Shown here piece after piece: positions 46,901 through 50,358 of a DNA stretch of 50,358 bases. Every line of letters starts with the position of its first letter. Position 1 is the stretch's first letter. The DNA is from an uncultured Vicingus sp. (GTDB lineage: Bacteria; Bacteroidota; Bacteroidia; Flavobacteriales_E; Vicingaceae): positions 1 to 50,358 of the forward strand of contig CAZVEW010000001.1 of assembly GCA_964625955.1 (NCBI GenBank), read 5' to 3'. Both the position numbers and the translations under genes were made by a program. Under the pieces are notes generated by a model that was not told where the DNA came from, made no database searches, and saw only the letters and a list, made by a program, of their open reading frames with translations.

Positions 46901-49900
46901 TCTTTAATGATATAGAAAAACACATACCAACCAATGAAATAAGCTGGTTTACAGAAATAAAAAAACAAGGTGAACCTGGCGAAAAAGCTGTTTTCTTAAT
47001 AGGTTCGGCAGCAAAAAATGTAAATGTTTTATACGAAATTGAACACAAAAATAAAATTATTAGTTCAGAAAGAATTATTTTAAAAAGTGGTGAACAGCGT
47101 AAAATTATCATTCCTATTAAAGAAGCATTTAGAGGAAATTTTCAGGTACATTTTACTTTTGTAAAAATGGGTAGAAAATTTGCCTACACCTCTACCGTAA
47201 CAGTTCCTTACACTAACAAACAGTTAGATTTAAAGTTTGAAACTTTTAGAAACAAATTATTACCAGGACAAAAAGAAACATGGAAAATAAAAATACAAGG
47301 TAAAAAAGGCGAAAAAGTAGCAGCAGAAATGGTGGCAACCCTTTACGATGCTTCTTTAGATGCTTTTAAACCTAATTATTGGGGATTAAATGTGCTACAT
47401 TATGATTACAGTAATAGGTATTGGAAAAACAATGCTTCTTTTTTAACCTCCTCTTCTCGCTTACTTTCTAAATATAAATACAACTATTTTCGTTTTAAAA
47501 ATAGAAGCTATAATTACTTAAATTGGTTTGGATTTAAATATTATTATGGAGGAAATCGTGTTTATTACGATTATCTTTCCGAAGAAGCAGTGATGGACGA
47601 AGATATAAGTGAAGTGAGGTCTGCTGAAAAATCAAGACCACGCAAGAAAAAATTTAGGGCTGTTAGTGCTCCTTCTTTCGAGTCATCAAATGATAAAAAT
47701 GATTCACCCACACTTGCAAATACCACAGCGAGTACTCGTGGTACTGGAGGATCAAAAGATTTTGTAGCCGTAAAAGCACGTAAAAACTTTGCCGAAACGG
47801 CTTTCTTTTATCCACATTTAACCACCAACGAAAAAGGAGAAATCATCATTAACTTTACCATTCCTGAAGCCTTAACCAAATGGAAATTTATGAGTTTTGC
47901 TCACACCAAAGATTTAAAAACAGGCATGTTGTATGGAGAAACCGTAACACAAAAAGATTTAATGGTTTACCCCAATGCACCACGTTTTTTTAGAGAAAAT
48001 GATAAAATGACATTCAGCACAAAAATTACCAACCTTTCGGGGAAAGATTTGACGGGTAGTGCTAAAATTTTCTTTTACGATGCTTTAACAGCTAAATTAA
48101 TTACTGATAAATTAATAGTTGGTAAGGAAACAATTCCTTTTAATGTGAAAAAAGGAAAAAGTACTTCGGTAAATTGGCAAATAAAAATTCCAACAGGTTA
48201 TTCAGCCATTACTTATAAAGTTATTGCAAAAGCAGGAAACTTTTCCGATGGCGAAGAAATGGCTATTCCTGTGTTAACCAATAGCATGTTGGTTACCGAA
48301 GCCATGCCATTGCCAATTAGAGGAAAAGGAACATTTAATTTCACATTTAATAAGCTGATAAATAGTAAGTTTGGTAAGAGTTCCTCCCCTTCGGGGAGGC
48401 TAGGAGGGGCTCATTATAAATTAACCTTAGAATTTACTTCAAACCCAGCATGGTACGCCATACAAGCCTTACCTTATTTAATGGAGTATCCTTATGAGTG
48501 TGCCGAACAAACTTTTAGTCGTTTTTATGCCAATTCAATTGCTTCGCACATAGCTAATTCAAATCCAAAAATAAAAGCAGTTTTTGAAAGTTGGAAAAAA
48601 AGTAGTCCAACAGCATTTTTATCTAATTTAGAGAAAAACCAAGAATTGAAATCTGTAATTTTAGAAGAAACCCCTTGGGTGCTAAACGCTCAAAACGAAA
48701 GTGAACGCAAAAAACGAGTAGGCTTGTTGTTTGATTTAAACCGAATGAGCAATGAATTAGGAAGAGCAGAAAAAAAATTACAGCAATTGCAAGTAAGTAA
48801 TGGTGGTTGGACTTGGTTTAAAGGAATGCCCGAAAGCCGATACATAACCCAATATATTGTTACAGGCATGGGACATTTAGACCATTTGGGCGTAAAAAAT
48901 ATCAGAAAAGATTACAAAACTTGGAACATGGTTAAAAAAGCTGTTCGTTATTTAGATAATAGCATTAGAGAAGATTACGAATGGTTAAAAAAATATGATG
49001 TAGATTTAGATAAAGATCACATTAGCTATAATCAAATACAGTATTTATATGCACGTAGTTATTTTTTAAACGATGTAGCAATAAGCGATAGAAACAAAGA
49101 AGCATATAATTATTATTTAAATCAAGCTAAAAAATATTGGTTAAATAAAAGTAGGTACATGCAAGGAATGATTGCTTTAGCTTTACATAGAGATAATCAA
49201 GCAAAAACGGGAATTCCAGTTGAGCAAAAAATTATGGCTTCGTTAAAAGAAAATGCTATTAATAATGAAGAAATGGGCATGTATTGGAAAGATAATAAAG
49301 GTGGTTATTATTGGTATCAAGCACCAATAGAAACGCAAGCCTTATTAATTGAGGCTTTTGATGAGGTAGCTGATGACAAAAAAAGTGTTGAAGCCATGAA
49401 GGTTTGGTTGCTAAAACAAAAACAAACACAAGATTGGAGAACCACCAAAGCCACTACCGAAGCTTGTTATGCTTTATTATTGAGAGGAACAGATTTATTA
49501 GCTTCTGACCAATTAGTAGAAATAAAAGTGGGCGGAAAGTTAATTGACCCTGCAACAATGGAGGATGTAAAAGTGGAAGCAGGAACAGGTTATTTTAAAA
49601 CATCTTGGAATAAAACAGAAATAAAATCCAATATGGGTAATGTAACTATAACCAAAAAAGACGATGGAGTGGCTTGGGGAGCAATGTATTGGCAATATTT
49701 TGAGCAATTAGATAAAATTACTTCGGCAGCAACACCATTAAAATTAGTGAAAAAATTATTTTTACAAAAAAATACACCAACAGGCATCGTAATAACACCA
49801 ATTGTAGCAGAAACAAAATTAAAAGTGGGTGATAAAATTAAAGTAAGAATTGAATTGCGAGTGGATAGAGACATGGAATATGTGCACATGAAAGATATGC

Positions 49901-50157
49901 GTGCGGCAGGATTAGAACCAATAAATGTATTTTCGGGTTACCGTTATCAAGGAGGATTGGGCTATTACGAAAGCACCAAAGATGCTTCAACCAACTTCTT
50001 TTTCGATTACTTAAAAAAAGGAACTTATGTGTTTGAATATCCTTTGCGTGTAAATATGGCAGGAGATTTTTCTAACGGAATTTCTTCTATTCAATGTATG
50101 TATGCTCCCGAATTTACAGCTCATTCGGAAGGTGTACGCATAAAAGTTGGTCAGTAA
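43969..50157 (+). CDS. Alpha-2-macroglobulin family protein with CxEQ thioester motif
   Basis: Repeated MG-like beta-sandwich segments. RKNFAETAFFYPHL. Thioester context LPYLMEYPYECAEQTFSRFYAN (CAEQ at 48499-48510). The C-terminal receptor-binding-like domain contains MKDMRAAGLEP. Confidence 0.88.
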   Translation: MKTIKILASGLFIFFLMSASTKCSSTKTTDKKTITKPLLIYAKGKVYKKEWTKVDSLMQNGLTKSALAAIKEINKKAKSENNYQQIVKTLIVKAKLQSYIEDDAFVKTIQELILETTKSSYPLNPLLHSMIAELYWQYYQDNRWKFRNRTTTVNFKNDDITTWDLKHIITTTTKHYLLSIKNIDSLKRTPITAFDELIIKKDSDNLRPYLYDFLAHRTLDFFMNEEPSLTKPVYEFTFDSTAYLADNKTFIKLKLATKDTSSLKYYALKILQSLTKTHLSDTNKTSLVDVTLKRLKFVKNNATFQKADSLYYQAITSLYANCKKLPISTEVAYQMANFHYLNGNKYDPLNPEKEQYKWELKNAKNICLNAKKTFPKSLGAKNCDFLLHQIEQKFLNVSIEKVNVPNQPLLAKIIAKNIKQVFFRLYKVNFDTYKKWNLSNEKKLTKILSQQLIKSWSLDLKADGDFQNHAGLFKISQQNLGFYVLLTSTNNQFSFDKEIITATPFWVSNLSYLSRSLNNGGDQFFVMDRSTGNPMAGVKAKLYVEKYSYTLRKYEWKSFATKITDKNGSFTLLPGNSYRNYYVNFSYKEDKLNTLDRNYQSRKYDKKNTTHIKTIFFTDRAIYRPGQTVYFKGIVISTDNNNNNKIKTNFKSNVAFYDVNNQKLKALNLVTNEYGSFSGSFVAPNNGLNGQMHIKDGHGSKYFSVEEYKRPKFEVKFNPIKGSYKLAETVNAVGVAKTYAGAALADATVNYRVVRNASFPYWCFYRWGYLPQAASMEIKNGTSTTNDNGEFKIDFIAKPDKSVKKEFSPTYSYTIYADVVDVNGETHSANTAVYVGYKALNINITMPEKVNKNGVDTFNFTTTNLNGELEPAKGNVKIWALQQPNQFYRKSIIGKGDRKYITKEDFVKNFPHDVFDDENNHFKWKKNIKVYDHEFDTKNKQSFQFYHLPECSSGYYVLEATTKDKFGQDVKEIKYFTIFNDIEKHIPTNEISWFTEIKKQGEPGEKAVFLIGSAAKNVNVLYEIEHKNKIISSERIILKSGEQRKIIIPIKEAFRGNFQVHFTFVKMGRKFAYTSTVTVPYTNKQLDLKFETFRNKLLPGQKETWKIKIQGKKGEKVAAEMVATLYDASLDAFKPNYWGLNVLHYDYSNRYWKNNASFLTSSSRLLSKYKYNYFRFKNRSYNYLNWFGFKYYYGGNRVYYDYLSEEAVMDEDISEVRSAEKSRPRKKKFRAVSAPSFESSNDKNDSPTLANTTASTRGTGGSKDFVAVKARKNFAETAFFYPHLTTNEKGEIIINFTIPEALTKWKFMSFAHTKDLKTGMLYGETVTQKDLMVYPNAPRFFRENDKMTFSTKITNLSGKDLTGSAKIFFYDALTAKLITDKLIVGKETIPFNVKKGKSTSVNWQIKIPTGYSAITYKVIAKAGNFSDGEEMAIPVLTNSMLVTEAMPLPIRGKGTFNFTFNKLINSKFGKSSSPSGRLGGAHYKLTLEFTSNPAWYAIQALPYLMEYPYECAEQTFSRFYANSIASHIANSNPKIKAVFESWKKSSPTAFLSNLEKNQELKSVILEETPWVLNAQNESERKKRVGLLFDLNRMSNELGRAEKKLQQLQVSNGGWTWFKGMPESRYITQYIVTGMGHLDHLGVKNIRKDYKTWNMVKKAVRYLDNSIREDYEWLKKYDVDLDKDHISYNQIQYLYARSYFLNDVAISDRNKEAYNYYLNQAKKYWLNKSRYMQGMIALALHRDNQAKTGIPVEQKIMASLKENAINNEEMGMYWKDNKGGYYWYQAPIETQALLIEAFDEVADDKKSVEAMKVWLLKQKQTQDWRTTKATTEACYALLLRGTDLLASDQLVEIKVGGKLIDPATMEDVKVEAGTGYFKTSWNKTEIKSNMGNVTITKKDDGVAWGAMYWQYFEQLDKITSAATPLKLVKKLFLQKNTPTGIVITPIVAETKLKVGDKIKVRIELRVDRDMEYVHMKDMRAAGLEPINVFSGYRYQGGLGYYESTKDASTNFFFDYLKKGTYVFEYPLRVNMAGDFSNGISSIQCMYAPEFTAHSEGVRIKVGQ

Positions 50158-50256
50158 GACAGTAGCAAAAAAAATCTTACTTTTGACTATGATGCTTCAG
50201 GCAACCGAATTGCCAAATCTAGCAGATTATTTATACAGCAATGCTCGAAATTTTAA
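50158..50256 (+). pseudogene. Possible decayed RHS/YD-repeat fragment
   Basis: The short frame with no start codon reads ..KNLTFDYDASGNRIAKS.., resembling one YD repeat (Y-D-x-x-G-N-R). It is only about 33 codons long. Confidence 0.2.
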
Positions 50257-50358
50257 AGAAGAAGGTTTGTTAGGAGTGGAAAACTTTTAAATGGTATTCG
50301 CTGTGCCATTAAAATTCTCTAATTTCGTTAAAACGAAAAAGTGAATTTAAAATGACAA

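Overview
AT-rich (about 30% GC by eye) chromosomal segment from a Bacteroidota genome, Flavobacteriia/Cytophagia-like. The assignment rests on T9SS/gliding genes, TAnnTTTG-type -7 promoter boxes, the lack of Shine-Dalgarno sequences, and type-B CTD cargo proteins. About 40 tightly packed CDSs are supported. I saw no rRNA, tRNA, CRISPR array, transposase or integrase. Housekeeping genes (gmd-fcl, scoA/scoB, maeB, ruvA, gcvH, ubiX, cobB, a class A PBP) are interleaved with other gene sets. These are type IX secretion/gliding genes (gldH, sprA, a PorP/SprF-family gene, two type-B-CTD surface proteins), a LytS-like/LytTR two-component system, an ECF sigma module, a TonB, and a 2062-aa alpha-2-macroglobulin with a CxEQ thioester motif. 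Main leads: (1) A three-gene minus-strand module (16301-23237) encodes a 1152-aa outer-membrane protein followed by a PKD-repeat type-B-CTD cargo and a PorP/SprF protein. The N- and C-terminal motifs of the 1152-aa protein resemble those of the SprA translocon encoded in the same window, which suggests a possible half-size SprA paralog. (2) A four-helix-bundle (23S rRNA IVS protein/Avd-like) gene cassette is bracketed by inverted TTGAAAAT/ATTTTCAA repeats and splits the scoA-scoB pair. (3) Paired 21-nt-periodic direct repeats of LytTR-operator geometry lie between the LytTR regulator gene and an orphan SiaC-like (DUF1987) gene. (4) A 153-codon in-frame N-terminal extension precedes TonB. (5) A GC-rich C(UUCG)G hairpin-forming in-frame insert sits inside the alpha-2-macroglobulin gene. 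All functional calls come from motif recognition by eye in the supplied translations. No database search was run.
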